Counted from the first letter of the whole stretch, positions 1-12,494 are shown. The stretch is DNA of 63,217 bases, filler included, from Sphacelaria rigidula (GCA_964200075.2; 10 parts of 10 records of this genome joined end to end with filler, not necessarily neighbours in it); one strand, 5' to 3'. Notes: generated by a model not told the origin, from the sequence alone. Program-made: numbers and translations.

Positions 1-11
1 CCCCCCGCCGC

Positions 12-118
12 CGCTGGTCAAGTCCGGCGGAAACCCGGCGTTCTCCGTCCTGGCTTTGTAGGGATGCGAGGTCAACGGTCGTATGACCGCGGCATGCAAG
101 ATCACGAGTACACCCCTA
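12..118 (+). mobile_element. Family A retroposon, 3' part
   Basis: Ends ...GGCATGCAAGATCACGAGTACACCCC and matches the copies near 9360, 47725, 27400 (rc) and 56681 (rc). Confidence 0.75.
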
Positions 119-162
119 ACCCGATCCCTTCTCATCCCCCCTCTCTTGTCTGCAACACGCAG

Positions 163-494
163 ACTAAAGGGTGCGGTCCTAGGGAGGCTGGCCAAGCTCC
201 GGGACCAATATGCGGCCTGTGCAAACGAGCCGGTCGCGGTGGTCTCATGCCCTGCGCAGAAAAAGGATGCACCACAAAATTCCACCCCTTGTGCTGCAAG
301 GTGTACGGCGGTAGTGCCGAACGAGGACCTCAGATCCCCACCAAAGATTGGTCGGCGCGATGCCCAGAGCACGCTGTCAGGCCACCTGAGGCACCCGGCG
401 GTGATTTTGCGGCGGCGGCGGCGGCTACGGCTGAAGCTGCTGCCGCTGAGGAAAGTGCGGGGAAAAGAAGGAAGGGTGGAAGAAATGGGTCGAG
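163..494 (+). CDS. Exon of chromatin zinc-finger gene: C-terminal half of an extended PHD (zf-HC5HC2H-like) finger
   Basis: cag| acceptor at 160-162 and |gtgagt donor at 495. Encodes ICGLCKRAGRGGLMPCAEKGCTTKFHPLCC...WSARCPEH (CxxC..G..C..C..FHxxC..CxxH). The 5' part of the gene lies outside the contig. Confidence 0.8.
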
Positions 495-808
495 GTGAGT
501 GTGCATGTGATGAAGATTGGGGACGGACAAGAAGCGATCGTTCATCCCTGCATCCGTGTACACACATCAGTCATGATCCGTGAGAATTGATTCGTCGAAT
601 ATCATGAAACTATCATCATCGGACCGTAACAGATTCATCCGTTTGCGGGGATCATGATTCATGTACGGATCATGCACCTGAAGATCAATGTCGTACCCAC
701 TCATGAATCTTCATCCACACACTGGTCGATTATGATACGCAAATGGTCATCTTATATGATAATTCTGGTCTACCGGTTTGGTTGTTTTCTGGGGGATTTT
801 ATTACCAG

Positions 809-1042
809 GGGCAGGGCGGCAGCGGCAGGGGCGGCGGTACCAGCTCGCCGTGGCAGCCGCGGTGGCGGCGGGCCTCGAACTAGCCGTGTAACTGTCAATG
901 GTGCCTCTAGCGCCAGTGCCGTGGTGGAGGTCTCTGTGGTGGCGGTGGATGATGAGGTGGCGATATTGAGGCGTGAAGCGGAGGAAGCTTTGGCGGTCGG
1001 CAACGAGCCGGCGTGTCCTGAGGGAAAGTGCCACCGATGCCG
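809..1042 (+). CDS. Next exon of the same gene (low-complexity linker, then start of zf-4CXXC_R1: CHRCR)
   Basis: cag| at 806-808 and |gttagt at 1043. Phase 2 at both ends, compatible with the flanking exons. Confidence 0.75.
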
Positions 1043-1556
1043 GTTAGTTACTGGCGGCTTCTCTCGTGTCATCTTTGTTTCCTTCCATGTGTTGATTGAT
1101 AGTTTTTTTTCGTTATTTGTGAAAATTTTGCCACATGCCTTCACTTTTTTTCGTGCCTGTGTGTGTGTGTGTGTGTGCGCGCCTTCCGTTTTTTATTTGT
1201 GTATTCACTATGTCAAAGTTTTGAGTTCTTCACTAAATTATTCCTTTTTTTACATGATGTTTTTTCCAGTTTGGCTTGTTTCATTCATCCGTCTTCAGTC
1301 TTTCATCTTCTGGTGTGATGATACTTTTTTTTTTCTTCATCTGGTGACAAAAACATCCGAAGAGCCCGAAGAGGTGTTTTTCATCTTTTCGTCGACTTGT
1401 TGTGGAGGAAATTTACGCACTATATGTGATAAGGAAAGCTTTGCTTGTGTGTGAACACGGTCATGTAAGCATGAAGGCTTCCGCTGATAGCCCTCCGCTG
1501 CCGTTGCCGCCACCCGAATGATTACCATGTTTACTGCTCGGGTTTACGTCGTACAG

Positions 1557-1631
1557 AAAGGTGCAACCGTGGGCAGCGGCGTGCAGCAAGTGCCCCCAAC
1601 GTTATTGTGCTTCATGCATCGCGAGCCAAAG
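1557..1631 (+). CDS. Next exon of the same gene (zf-4CXXC_R1 middle: KVQPWAAACSKCPQRYCASCIASQ)
   Basis: cag| at 1554-1556 and |gtgagc at 1632, phase 2-2. This reading frame is not in the ORF track but completes the Cys pattern. Confidence 0.8.
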
Positions 1632-1894
1632 GTGAGCAGATTTATTCGTCTGTATCGTATTCCTGTTCTTGTTAGAAGGGCTGAAGGGTTTTTTTTCATG
1701 GAAGAGTGTGCATGCGTGTGTTTAATGTATATGTTGGCCTTGTCAAAGGCAGTATGCATCCCGTTGAACAAAAATTTGACGGGACAAAAGAACTGCTCCA
1801 TCGTCAATCGGCCACTGTCTTGGCAAGATGATGGGACGCGGATTACTCAAAATTCATTATTTTTTTGTTGAAACATGGTTCCCGCTCTTTACAG

Positions 1895-4800
1895 GGAGTC
1901 CCCGGTTGCAGTTCTGATTGGAGTGAAGGCAGCCGCAGAGGCGGAGAGAGCTGGACGACCGCAGAAATGCAGCACTGCGTTCATGTGCTTCGCGTGCCGA
2001 GGTAACTGCTTGTGTAGCACCTGCAACGATGCGTCCACCGTTCGGCCGACGAGCAGACGACCCATCGCGGTACCGGTCTCGAAGCCCCCGACGATGCTAC
2101 GAACGGAGGCCGCGGCCGCTGAAGCAGCCGCGGCAGCAGATGCGGCGACGGCGACGGCGATGGCGCCGGCGCCGGCGCCAGCACCTACACCCGAGTCTGA
2201 ACCTGAATCGATGATGGAGGTGGAGGCAGATATGTCGACTCCCCGTACACCGTCCCCTCGACCGATCCCCGCGAAGCTACCCACACAGGCTGAACCTTTG
2301 CCGACTTTGGCCGCGAGCAAGGGGGGCATTAGTAAGGGCAAAGGAAGGAGCAAACCGAAGAAGAATGTGAAGGCAGGCCCTAATAAGACAACCGGAGTGA
2401 AGCGACGCCCGGCTCCAGGGGTAATTGAGTCGGCAGTTGCGGCGGCGGCAGCGCAGGTGGGACTCAAGGTGCCGCCACCGACGATGACCGGGGCCGGCGC
2501 CGGTGCAGGTGGTGCGGGTGTCACTTCTGCCGGTGGTTCGAAACAGCAACAACAGCTGGGGCGTAAGCGACAGAGGAGCGGCCCCGCGAGCGCGAAGAAG
2601 TCCGACCACCCTTGCACGGCGACGGCCCAGATTGATGGTTCGCCCCCGGTGTTCCGAAAACAGGGTGCTGGTACGATGCTGTCGCCGCAAGCGAACCCGA
2701 ACGACGCGTACAACCCCTGGTCGGAAATCCCTGGCACAGCGGCCGGCGTACACGCTGCGAGTCGAGCAGATGATGCTCGTGGCGGCAACGAGACCGAAAA
2801 CATCTGGAACATCGCTCATCTTCCCCGAAGCAGCAGCAGCAACGGTATCTTGTCCTCCCCACGACAGCCCCTTCCGAAGCAGCACCTTCCGCAAACTCCG
2901 CTTTACGGCTCCGGCAACGGCAGTGTGCCTGGTTCTCCGTTCAACTCTGTTGCTTCTTTCTCGCCTGCATCCCCACCCGCTGCCAACGGTGTGATTGCCG
3001 TCGGTGATTTGAGTTCCAGTCCTGCCGTCGTCGCCGCCGCCTCCGCCGCCGCCGCCCCCTCCCCCGCTGGAAGTGCCAACAACGGCTACAACACGTTGAT
3101 GCATGGAATTGGTAGTGCTGTGAGCGGCAACGACGCGAGTAACGACGTTTCTTTTGATCCAGGACGAGTGCAGGAGACGCAAGGAGTAGCTCAGGGGAAA
3201 GCCTGGGGACACGATGCGAACGTTCGGGCCGGGAAGGACGTGAGCGGCAGCAGCGGTGGCGGCAGCGTCAGCGGCGGAGTCGGTGGAGATTTTGTTCAGG
3301 CGCAAGCGCAGTCAAACCGCTGTACCACTAATCCGCTCTTGACCGGCCGGAGGTCCTTGTCATTGACTCCTGACCCTACGGAAATAGCTGGGAAACAGAT
3401 TTTGCAACAGCATCAACAATTACTACAACCGCAGCCTCACGCGGCAGCGTTGAACGTACTACAGTCCCCGACAGCCGGGAGTGTCCACGCAGGCGCGATG
3501 CTGGCAGCGGCCCGAGGCGCGACAGCCCAGGCAACGTCAGCGACGTCGGAAGTCGTTGCCCGTGCGATAGTCGTGGCGAAAGAAATGCGAGCTCGCGCGC
3601 TGGCGGCGCTTGAGGCCGCTCGGCGTGCGGCCGCCGAAATGCGGGAGGCGAAGACATATTCTGACAGTCATAACAAGGCGGCAATGCAGAAGGTGGAAGA
3701 GGCCACGACTCTCAAGGACAGTCTTCTCGTGTCGAACGAGCTGGTGAATGGGTACGCGGGGCTGAGCTTAAACGCTCACATGAAGCTAAAGTCCGCTTCG
3801 AAGGAAGAAAGTGCTGCGGTTGGACGGCTGCGCGCGGCGCAGATGGAATTGGCGGCGGCGGAGAAGTCGGCGGCGGCGGCGTTCGCAGAGCATGAGAGAC
3901 TGGCGGCGGCCGCCGCGACTAGTATCAGCCTACCGCCGTGGAGTCTCGGTAACCACAGTGCCATGACTCCATCCTCCTTGTCGTCGTCGTCATCGACCGT
4001 CAGCTCCTCCGGCCGAACTTCTTCTCTGAGTGAAGTGAACGATGGCGGATCGGCCGGTAGCTCGTCCCCCCTATTGTGTAACGCTGACAGCCTTAACACC
4101 GGACTCGCACCGCCGGCGATGCCCAACGGTTTACTGCAAGGCGTTGGCATCGGGAGCGGAGGTGGGGGCAGCCCCGGCGACGGCAGGAGCTCTCCCTTGT
4201 CGGCATCCGGGGCCGCCGCCGCCGCCGCCGCCGCTTGGGCTAGTAGCGGAAACAACGACATGTCATGGAGTGCGGCGTGGTGGCAAGCGAGTAACAACGA
4301 TAACGGAGGCTCCGGTGCGCGGTCATCAACACCGCCCAGCGCGAACACATCTCCGCCATTGGCGATGACACCCCCCGGGGGAGGGGGCGGGGGGGCGATG
4401 CAGCGAGCGGCGGTGGCGGCGGCTGCCGCCGCCGCGACCGCTGCTGCCGCTGCGTCGACGAACCTGGAAAGATGCAAGCAGAAGGTGGTGGCGTGTAAGC
4501 AAGAGGCTATGGTGGCGACGTTCAGCGCGCAGGAACTTCAGAAGAACCTACAGGAGCTCACACGGCGGCACTGGGATGCAGAAGAGAGCCGCTCGAGCCT
4601 CGTCAAGGACACTCAAGTTGCGTCGGAGCACGCGAGCAAGGCATCTCAGGCCGCCATGCGGTATGAGGCCGAGGCCAGCAGTAAGAAGCAGCACGCTGAC
4701 CGGGCCGCCGCGTACGCGAAGCGATTGGCGTGGGAAGCAAAGAAAACGGAGATGAATGCTAGACGGACCATCCAACACGGGCAGCAGCGCCGCGCTATGG

Positions 4801-4925
4801 AGGAGGCAACCAGAAGGCATTTAATGCTGGGCGGGAGCAACGCCGAGGCGGCGGCGGCGGCGGCACTGGCGGCCAGGGTGGCAGCGGCGACAGTGGATCT
4901 CTCTGGATCGTCTGCCGACGACCAC
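1895..4925 (+). CDS. Large exon of the same gene: end of zf-4CXXC_R1 (FMCFACRGNCLCSTC), Ala/Ser/Gly-rich disordered regions and Ala-rich coiled-coil segments
   Basis: cag| at 1892-1894 and |gtatgt at 4926. 3 kb open frame (ORF 1875..5282) whose composition turns intronic after 4925. The terminal exon is unresolved (candidates near 5682-5728). Confidence 0.8.
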
Positions 4926-6233
4926 GTATGTATCTTGGTGGGGTTTTTTCTCGGGGGGGAAGGGGGGGAGTTCTCTTTCAAGCCCTCATGTTTGGTCCAA
5001 TCATGTCAAGTGTGTGTATCCTTTTCCGTTCTATGGGAATTGCTGTGTTTGAAGTCAAGCGGGCTTTTTTCACCTTGGCGAGTTTGTCTCGTGCAACGAT
5101 ATTTTTGTCTTGTTTTTGTGGGGAGTGGAGGTCTCATCGCGCGTTGCTATTGGGGGGAGAAAGTGGCTTCCGAAACCTTAAGCGGTTCTCATTGCTCCCT
5201 TTCCATAACGTTCCTTTCCCTGAGCTGGGTCGTCTTTGAGGGGAACCCCTGTAGAACATTTACATTTTATATGGTGTTGTAGTTCATCCACTTCACACCC
5301 ACGAATTTTCCATTCATCCTTTTTCTCCCAGCCCTAGAAGTCAATGAAGATAATGTAGCATGCGTATCGTATCATACAGACACGCGTAACCGTCTCTCTC
5401 TTTTTTGCGCCTTCTTCATAACATTTCCTGTCATCGCACAGGAGAAGAGAATAGCGCAGCTTCCATGCTGATTTTTAAACATCTCGAGAGTTGGAAGGAC
5501 CAAACGGCGTGTCTTACGAAGTTTTGTTCGCTCTCCCCGGGTACCCTATATGTATCTGGGGACCGACCAATAGGGAAACATGAAAACGAACTTATGCTCA
5601 AGGAACCCCCCCCCCCCCCCCCCCCTGTTTCTCTTTTGTTTGTTTCCTCCTTTTTTTTTTTTTTTTTTTTTTTGTTTTTAGCTCAGCGCACCAGTGAAGC
5701 CCATGTGAGCGATGAACAAACTAGCTGATGTCGATACCTGATGGTCGCTCCGCACACGACTGTGAGCATGAGGACGGACATATACATGGGAATCATACTG
5801 TCTGTGGATGTCCTTTTTTTTTTTCTCATGTCCGAGGACGTTTCTATAATGTATGAGGAACGGAGAATTGCTTTTAGGTGATGGCGGGGTGGGGGAAGGG
5901 GGGTCTGGTTTTTGAGCTGTGGTTGGTGTCATGTTGGTTGACGCGGGCTGATCGTTTCGGAGTGGAGATCGAATAGAGCCCTTCTACAATACCAATGGTT
6001 GTGTACGTGAGATCTCTCATCTTGTGTACAGTGTACGGCCGTGTTTTCGGGGGCGTTGGGCTTGCCTGTGGCGTTCCACTACACGGCTTTGATTGTCCCT
6101 GCTGTATCTCGGGTTGACAAGCAGCGGTGGCGGCGAGGAGCAAAACGCGAAGGTCGGAGGGGGGGGGGGGGGAGAGAGCGGGGGGAAGCTGTTCATAAAG
6201 TGGCTTCCCGTTGTGTGGAGCGTGTACAAATAG

Positions 6234-6333
6234 NNNNNNNNNNNNNNNNNNNNNNNNNNNNNNNNNNNNNNNNNNNNTTAATTAATTAANNNNNNNNNNN
6301 NNNNNNNNNNNNNNNNNNNNNNNNNNNNNNNNN
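6234..6333. other. Artificial contig spacer (N44-TTAATTAATTAA-N44)
   Basis: Identical 100-nt spacers at 6234, 12566, 18898, 25230, 31562, 37894, 44225, 50556 and 56887. Contig lengths are 6233, 6232 (x5) and 6231 (x4). Confidence 0.98.
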
Positions 6334-6384
6334 GTTCTCATCCTCAATGAAAAGCACCATCCTCAACATAGATGATTGGCTGTT

Positions 6385-6592
6385 TTAATGGTCGACGCGG
6401 GAAAGGGAGTGCTGAACCTCTCTCGCGATAAAAAATAAAGGCAAGCGCCGCAGAAGGAAGGTGCGGTACCAAAAAACAAGAAAGAAAAACACTCCTGTGT
6501 TGACCTTCCTCCTCTGTGACCCTGGCTGGTGCGCCCACATATACCGAAAGGTGTAGACCGGCGTCCAGAACAGATGGGACGACAACACACAC
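6385..6592 (+). mobile_element. tRNA-derived SINE family 1, 3' half with CA-rich tail
   Basis: Homologous to the 3' part of the copies at 38486 and 53894. Confidence 0.75.
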
Positions 6593-6763
6593 TATATGGA
6601 CATCATGAGTATCTGTATCGACATGAAAACCGGAGAACAGAGCAATGCTACGGTAGGGGTGCACTTTTTTCGCGAAATTATGTCTAGTTCAGGGGCTCCC
6701 AACGATTCTAGATGCACAAAAATATGCGTCAGGGCATCCTCGTTTGCAAATTCATTCGGGATA

Positions 6764-7101
6764 CGGAGGATCAAAATCTTCGTATCCGCACCAAATATTC
6801 GAAACATGGTTTCATTTCTTCACCTACTGATAGCTATTGACAACTGCTACACGCCATACAAATTTGGATTTCAAACACCGAAATGTTGGGGACCTAGGTG
6901 AAAAAACACTTTTGGGAATTCCGGGTCCCGAGCGGACGCCAAAATGGTTTCGAAATGTTTTTTTCATCTAGGACCCCAACATTTCGGTAATCGAAATCCA
7001 TATTACGTTGGCCTGTAGCAGTTGTCAATAGCTATCAGTAGGTGAAGAAATGAAATCATACTTCGAATATTTAGTGCGGATACGAAGATTTCAATCCTCC
7101 G
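6764..7101. mobile_element. Foldback/MITE-like long inverted repeat (~145-bp arms)
   Basis: CGGAGGATCAAAATCTTCGTATCCGCAC...GGGGACCTAGGTGAAAAAACA is mirrored by TGTTTTTTTCATCTAGGACCCC...GTGCGGATACGAAGATTTCAATCCTCCG. Confidence 0.8.
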
Positions 7102-7432
7102 GGTTTCTCATCCCCAATAAATGATCCATCCCCAATTTGTAAGATCCCGTGTTCTTTGCGGTCGGCGGTTGATGGCGTGGATGTCGAATGCAACGACAAG
7201 TGGTTGATCATCGAGTACTCTTGTTTTTCGTGGGGTCATATCTCGCCCCAGCCTGTAATGAATGACCTCCTCACATCGGAATTAATTCTGGAAAGCTGCT
7301 GTGCCGAGGTGTTCACGCAGCCAGTGTGTGCTACAGATTGCAGCATGGACGCACCACTCTGCAACACGCTAGCAACAGTTTGGTCGCCACCATAGGTATA
7401 TTTTTTTCACTCCGCATGTCAAGGAAGTCTTG

Positions 7433-7516
7433 TGACGATTCACAGGCAACCGATTAGACTGCCGTACAGTCAGCGCTGACTGTACGGCAGTCTAATCGGT
7501 TGCCTGTAAATCGTCA
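7433..7516. repeat. 84-bp loopless palindrome (42-bp arms, 1 mismatch)
   Basis: TGACGATTCACAGGCAACCGATTAGACTGCCGTACAGTCAGC|GCTGACTGTACGGCAGTCTAATCGGTTGCCTGTAAATCGTCA. Confidence 0.95.
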
Positions 7517-7679
7517 GTCTCCACAAGTGTTAAATCTCTTGCACTCCCCTCTCCCCCGCCCTCCCTCAACTGGCGCGTCGCACGCTCTTGTCGTCGGGCA
7601 CCCAGATGGTCACACGTCGGGTAAAATCAACGATGAACAACACACCCCAAGTTGAAATTTGATCTGTTATTGCCGCAGC

Positions 7680-8120
7680 AGCACCGTCCTTCCTGGCATG
7701 TGCGTGATAGAGAACAGTAGCAGTGACGGGAACGTCGTCCTGTTTTTCAACGACATGTTCTTCAGCGCACAGAGGCGCGTCCTGTCCAAAAAGAGAGGCG
7801 GAGAGAAATCGATCTTCGCATTGATGAGCTCCACAGACAAAAAGAGACGAAATCCCTCCGCACCTCGAAGTTCTTCAGAGGGCTGTGCGCAGCAATATAA
7901 TACCATGCATACCGGCACATGGGAAGTTGGGTACATGCTGGTAACATCGATGATGCCAGTCTCTCGAGCGATTGGTAATCGCCAAGCGAGGACACACAAA
8001 GAACACGGGCGAGGAGCTTCCTCTCTGTCGTTGCTTCTCTCTCTGGTGATATCGTCATCGACACACGTGTACGAGGCATTCGTTCGGTGCACCTAGCCAC
8101 AACTGTTGCTCTGCTGCAGA
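7680..8120 (+). repeat. Unclassified dispersed repeat (family D)
   Basis: Homologous copies at ~18515-18897 (reverse) and ~44000-44190. Confidence 0.75.
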
Positions 8121-9162
8121 CTTTTGGGGAGAAAGATGGCTTCGCTCTGTGTAACCGTTTGGCGTCATCCCTGCAAAAACGATATGCCACTTGAACCCCT
8201 TTTTCGAGATCAACCCCAAACATCCAATTGTAGGTGGATGGCACCGCATTCCATCTTGTAGAGGCGGACTCTCGAGACCACGGGCTCGTTCACAAGTATT
8301 TAGCCCGTGGACAACAATGTGAATATGTTATCATGATATTGAGAGATCGTTGATCGAAATATTGGGGTTTCCTCGCGTCCTACTCTTCGATAAAACTCGA
8401 AATTGTTAGCGTCGGTAGATTTTGGTACACCAAACAGATCATCTTCGAAATACAGTTTCCAGGTCAGTGTTAGTTGGTGTTATCGAGCGATACGAGTAAA
8501 TACCCCGTTTATCACGAGGGTGTTATTGATCGTGAAACACAGTTTTTCGGCTCTAGAGCAATGAGTAGGTGGAATTGACAGAAAAAAAACTGTGTATTCT
8601 CACAAATATGATAGGGACAGGCTCGATCGACCGAAAATGCCGAAGAGTATGAATTTGGGCTGAAACGTGGCAGGATCCCCCTGGCCTATGAGCCCGTAAG
8701 CCACACAATATTGAGTACAGATTTTTTTTTGCTTGGAATGTGGAGCGGATACAAATATCTCCGGATGCTCAATGTGATCAGCGGTGGCGAGCCAAAGAGT
8801 TCAATAAAAACGCCAAATACGAAAAACTCACAAAATGATAAGCTAGATCGCCCACTTCTGCAGTGTGCAATATTTGGAGGTCTCGCCACGTGTTGTTGAG
8901 TAACCTTGCTCCAGCATCCGCACACTAACATGAACGAGTTGAATTTCCGGTCAAAATCACCTGACTCACAATCAATTCTGAAAACAAGTTTTTATTGCAG
9001 TTCACACTAAAATCGAGTACTTGGTCCACAGCCGGGCTGAAATCAAAGTAAATAGTACATCCATCTACCGCAGGGTTCCCCCCCCTCCCATCCCCTCTTG
9101 TGCGGGGCGGGGGAACCTTCGTTTCGTTAAAAGGGGGTGGTTACACCGCGTAGTGTTTAAAT

Positions 9163-9460
9163 GGTCCATGAGGCAGTTTGTACGCCATGGCTGTATGTGG
9201 AAATGGCGATACCAGAAATGAAGGAAATCATTAACGGCTGTTATCCAAAGCAACATTATCAGTTCGCTTTGAGACGGAAGGTATTAGCAGGATCCAGCTC
9301 ATCCGTCATGCAAGTCGCCGAGCACATCACGGCGCTTCGCGCTTGATGATTGATTGGGGGTCTGGTCCGCCGAAACCCCTGCGTGCTTCGTCTCGGCTTT
9401 GTACGGATGCGAGATGAATGGTCATAGGACTATGGCATGCAAGATCAGGAGTAGACCCCC
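9163..9460 (+). mobile_element. Family A retroposon, near full length and diverged
   Basis: Starts CCATGAGGCAGT and ends CAAGATCAGGAGTAGACCCCC. Confidence 0.7.
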
Positions 9461-9839
9461 TCATCCCCCCCCGCCCCATTTGTTTCGTTTTCGTAAATCA
9501 GTCGCGCCCGTAACTTGTATACTTGCCTTCAGCGTGCTTGCAACCTGTAATGGATCCAAACGTATATCCTAGCAACGTTCGGCAACGTCTGGCAACGTCA
9601 CGTTCCCGATCTTGCCCCGCAAGGTACGTTGCAGAACGTGTGGAACATCCATTCAGGCACGCTCCTGGCACCCCAGTGGCCACTACGATGATACACTTGC
9701 CTTGAACGTGCCTGCAAACTGTAACGGGTTCCAACCCATACCCTAGCGACGACAAGTTTCTGACCCTCCGCGGCAACCTACTCTGCAGAGGGTCTGGAGC
9801 CTCCATAATCCCACCCTCCAGGCACCCGAGTGGCCACCT

Positions 9840-10365
9840 GTGTTGGTTCCGCACGATGGACCACCGCCTCGCTAAAGTCGGATTCCGCACTCTCAAATCG
9901 AATCCATGCATGAATGTGTTCGAGAATTACACCGGTTTTGCCATCCTCACATCGTGCGTAGACGACGCTCTGGTGCTTGGCGCGAACAAGCAGCTGCTGA
10001 ACAAGCAGCTGCTGAACAAGCTCAAGGAACAGCTGATGGACGATTTCGAGATGACGGACATGGGCGACGTGTCGAGGGTGCTCCACGTGAAATTAACCTG
10101 TGAGCGCGAAAACGGAACGATCCGCATCGACCAAAAATATTGCTCGAAGGACGTCGTCGAGCGCTTCAGCATGAAGGATTGTAACCCCGCCTTCACACCA
10201 AGAGCGGAACCGTTATTTTAGCTTAACCAATGGGAGGCGAACGTGCTAAACGAGGGAGGCGAGGGACGGTACCAGTCAATCGAAGCGCCACCATGTATCT
10301 CGCACAGGACTCACAGTATGACATTCTCTACGCCGTGAATCAGCTGGTACGGGGAATGCCCAAAG
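9840..10365 (+). pseudogene. Ty1/copia reverse transcriptase (RVT_2) relic
   Basis: GFRTLKSNPC...ILTSCVDD (degenerate YVDD)...FEMTDMG...IRIDQ...FSMKDCNPAFTP, then YLAQ.SQYDILYAVNQL after a stop/frameshift. Internal 15-bp duplication (NKQLL x2). Confidence 0.9.
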
Positions 10366-10369
10366 TTTT

Positions 10370-11439
10370 CAAGTCTCGGTGGGATGTATCTTGCGCGTTG
10401 ACTTCCACGACCGGTTGTTGGTGTCGACGATAGCACCGATCATGATTCTCGCGCTCCTAGGTATCACGTACGCCATTGCCGCGTTTAGAATCAGCTGCTC
10501 AGAGTTTCACCTCCTCCGAAAGGTCCGTCACAAGCACGTGTCCGCCGTCCTCCTGTTGACGCTCTTGGTGTACTCCAGCGTCACCTCGACCTTGTTCCAG
10601 GCGTTCGCCTGCGATGATCTCGACGATCACGAAAGCTACCTTCGTGCTGACTACCGCATTCGGTGCAACTCGTCTCACCATAAGGCGATGCAGATCTACG
10701 CAGGTTTCATGGTTGTCTTATATGCCGTGAGCATCCCGGCCTTCTACGCCTATCTGCTGTTTGAGCAGCGCAATTTGTTGTACGATGCGGCTGGCCGGGA
10801 AGATGACTTGCGCGCCAATCCGACTTCTGATCTTTGGATGCTGTACAAACCAAACCGATTCTACTACGAGTTGGTTGAGTGTGTTCGTCGGATATTGCTG
10901 GCAGGGGTCGTCGTACTCATGTACCCAAATACTGTGGCGCAGGTCGCCGTGACTCTTGTTATGGCGTTTATATTTTTGGCGTTGCTGAGGCGTTAGACCC
11001 GTATGCGTCAAGATGGGATTGTTGGATCAACCGCACCGGGCAAGCTATAGTTTATCCAACCATGTACGTGGCGCTGTTGCTGAACGCAGATGTGTCGAAT
11101 GAACGAACTGCAAGCCAGAATTTTCTGGAGGCGATTCTTGTAGCTGCCCATGGGTGCTTGTTGTCGGCGGTGGTGGTTCAGTCTGTTGCTCTCGTGTGTT
11201 CTGTAAGGGTGGAGGGAAACAAAGAACCAGCGCCTCGACGCCACGGAGCGAGACACTACACATGGAAAAACGAGATGTCTCTTCTGGAGTATGGTGTCGA
11301 AGGATTTGGGGAGACGTCGGCCATCGGAAATCGCCAAGCTGTTCACGATGATATCCTGGAAGTACAAGTGGTGGACGAGGCCACGGGCAACGGAGATGCG
11401 AAGATCGACTCGGCCGGTCGAAACTTCATTGGAGAATAG
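10370..11439 (+). pseudogene. C-terminal multi-pass membrane domain of a stramenopile adhesin/polymorphic-membrane-protein-like gene, frameshifted
   Basis: DFHDRLLVSTIAP...FQAFACDDLDD..YLRADYRIRC...LWMLYKPNRFYYELVECVRRILLAG. Continues in another frame (ORF 10879..11439) after ~10975. The 5' part is missing. Confidence 0.7.
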
Positions 11440-12494
11440 TGCGTGTGAAAGTGCAGTATTTTCACAGCTTGAGGTTCTCCTAGCGTCGGTGTTAGTGTTG
11501 TCCCGCTTGAAGTCCTGCTTGTTAGGTTGTTGGATAGAGCACGGCTCCCACGCGAGCTAAAATGTATGTTGACTGTGGAATATAACCTGAAGAAGCGAAT
11601 GATATATGCACTATTTACCTTGTGTGCACCTCGGTGAAATGAGGATACAGCTGGACTCTCCATGGCGTGGTAATAGTAAACCACTAGGAGTCGTCTCGTC
11701 ATGAAAGATACGGTAGTAAAAGGTACGGATATCCCCATCGTCGTGGCTGTTTTATGAAACGATTCAACAATGGGACGGTCCTGTAGCCTCCTCAGTACCC
11801 TTGCAGATGCGAGCCTATCTCGTGAAGGAGGGGCGGCATGTGTAACGGAGTGAGGTAACGTGTTGTATGTATGAACGATACCCCTTGTTGGGGTGTTACA
11901 ACAGGATGCCCAGCGTACGAATTCGGCACACGTTTGGCGTACTAGTGCTGAACACTGCAGTATCCGGGGATTTAGAAGGACCGCGTCTCGTTCCGAGATT
12001 TGCAGGACCACGATAAGGGGTCGTCTTTCTCTCGTTCTTTCTCTTCTTTTCGCAAGTTGACGTGAGAAGAAATGTTTGTTGGAGGATTTCATCACCCGTC
12101 TGTTTGAATCGAAGCATCTGATGATAAGGCTGCCATGACAAATGACACCGGAATTCCCGGTCGGATCTCCTCTGTGGTGTTAAGATCTATAAGGGGTAAG
12201 TTGCTATTTGTGAGCGAAGAAGGGATCTATTTAGTCATATAGAGTCATGCTACGATAGGGGAAGGGGTGTTCGATTCCGCAAAACAATGGGCTTCTAGGT
12301 GCTTCAGACAACCTAACGCACTCGCGGTGCGCTTGTATTTGGGTAAAAGCGGTGTCAATCAGTATGAATGAGCGTTATACGTCGGAAGGAAGCGCGTTCG
12401 GACAACCGTTGCTGCTATCGACGACGATTGCAAGTAGATTTCCGTGGAAGAAAACGGCCCAGAATACCCCCCCCCCCCACGACGCTTCGCTGGT

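Noticed and set aside
1889..4477. Long antisense ORFs (1889..2812, 2277..3305, 3776..4477), and similar shadows over 28501-30538
   Set aside because: Shadow ORFs of GC-rich low-complexity coding exons.
6278..6289. Recurrent TTAATTAATTAA motif
   Set aside because: Artificial all-frame-stop linker inside the N spacers.
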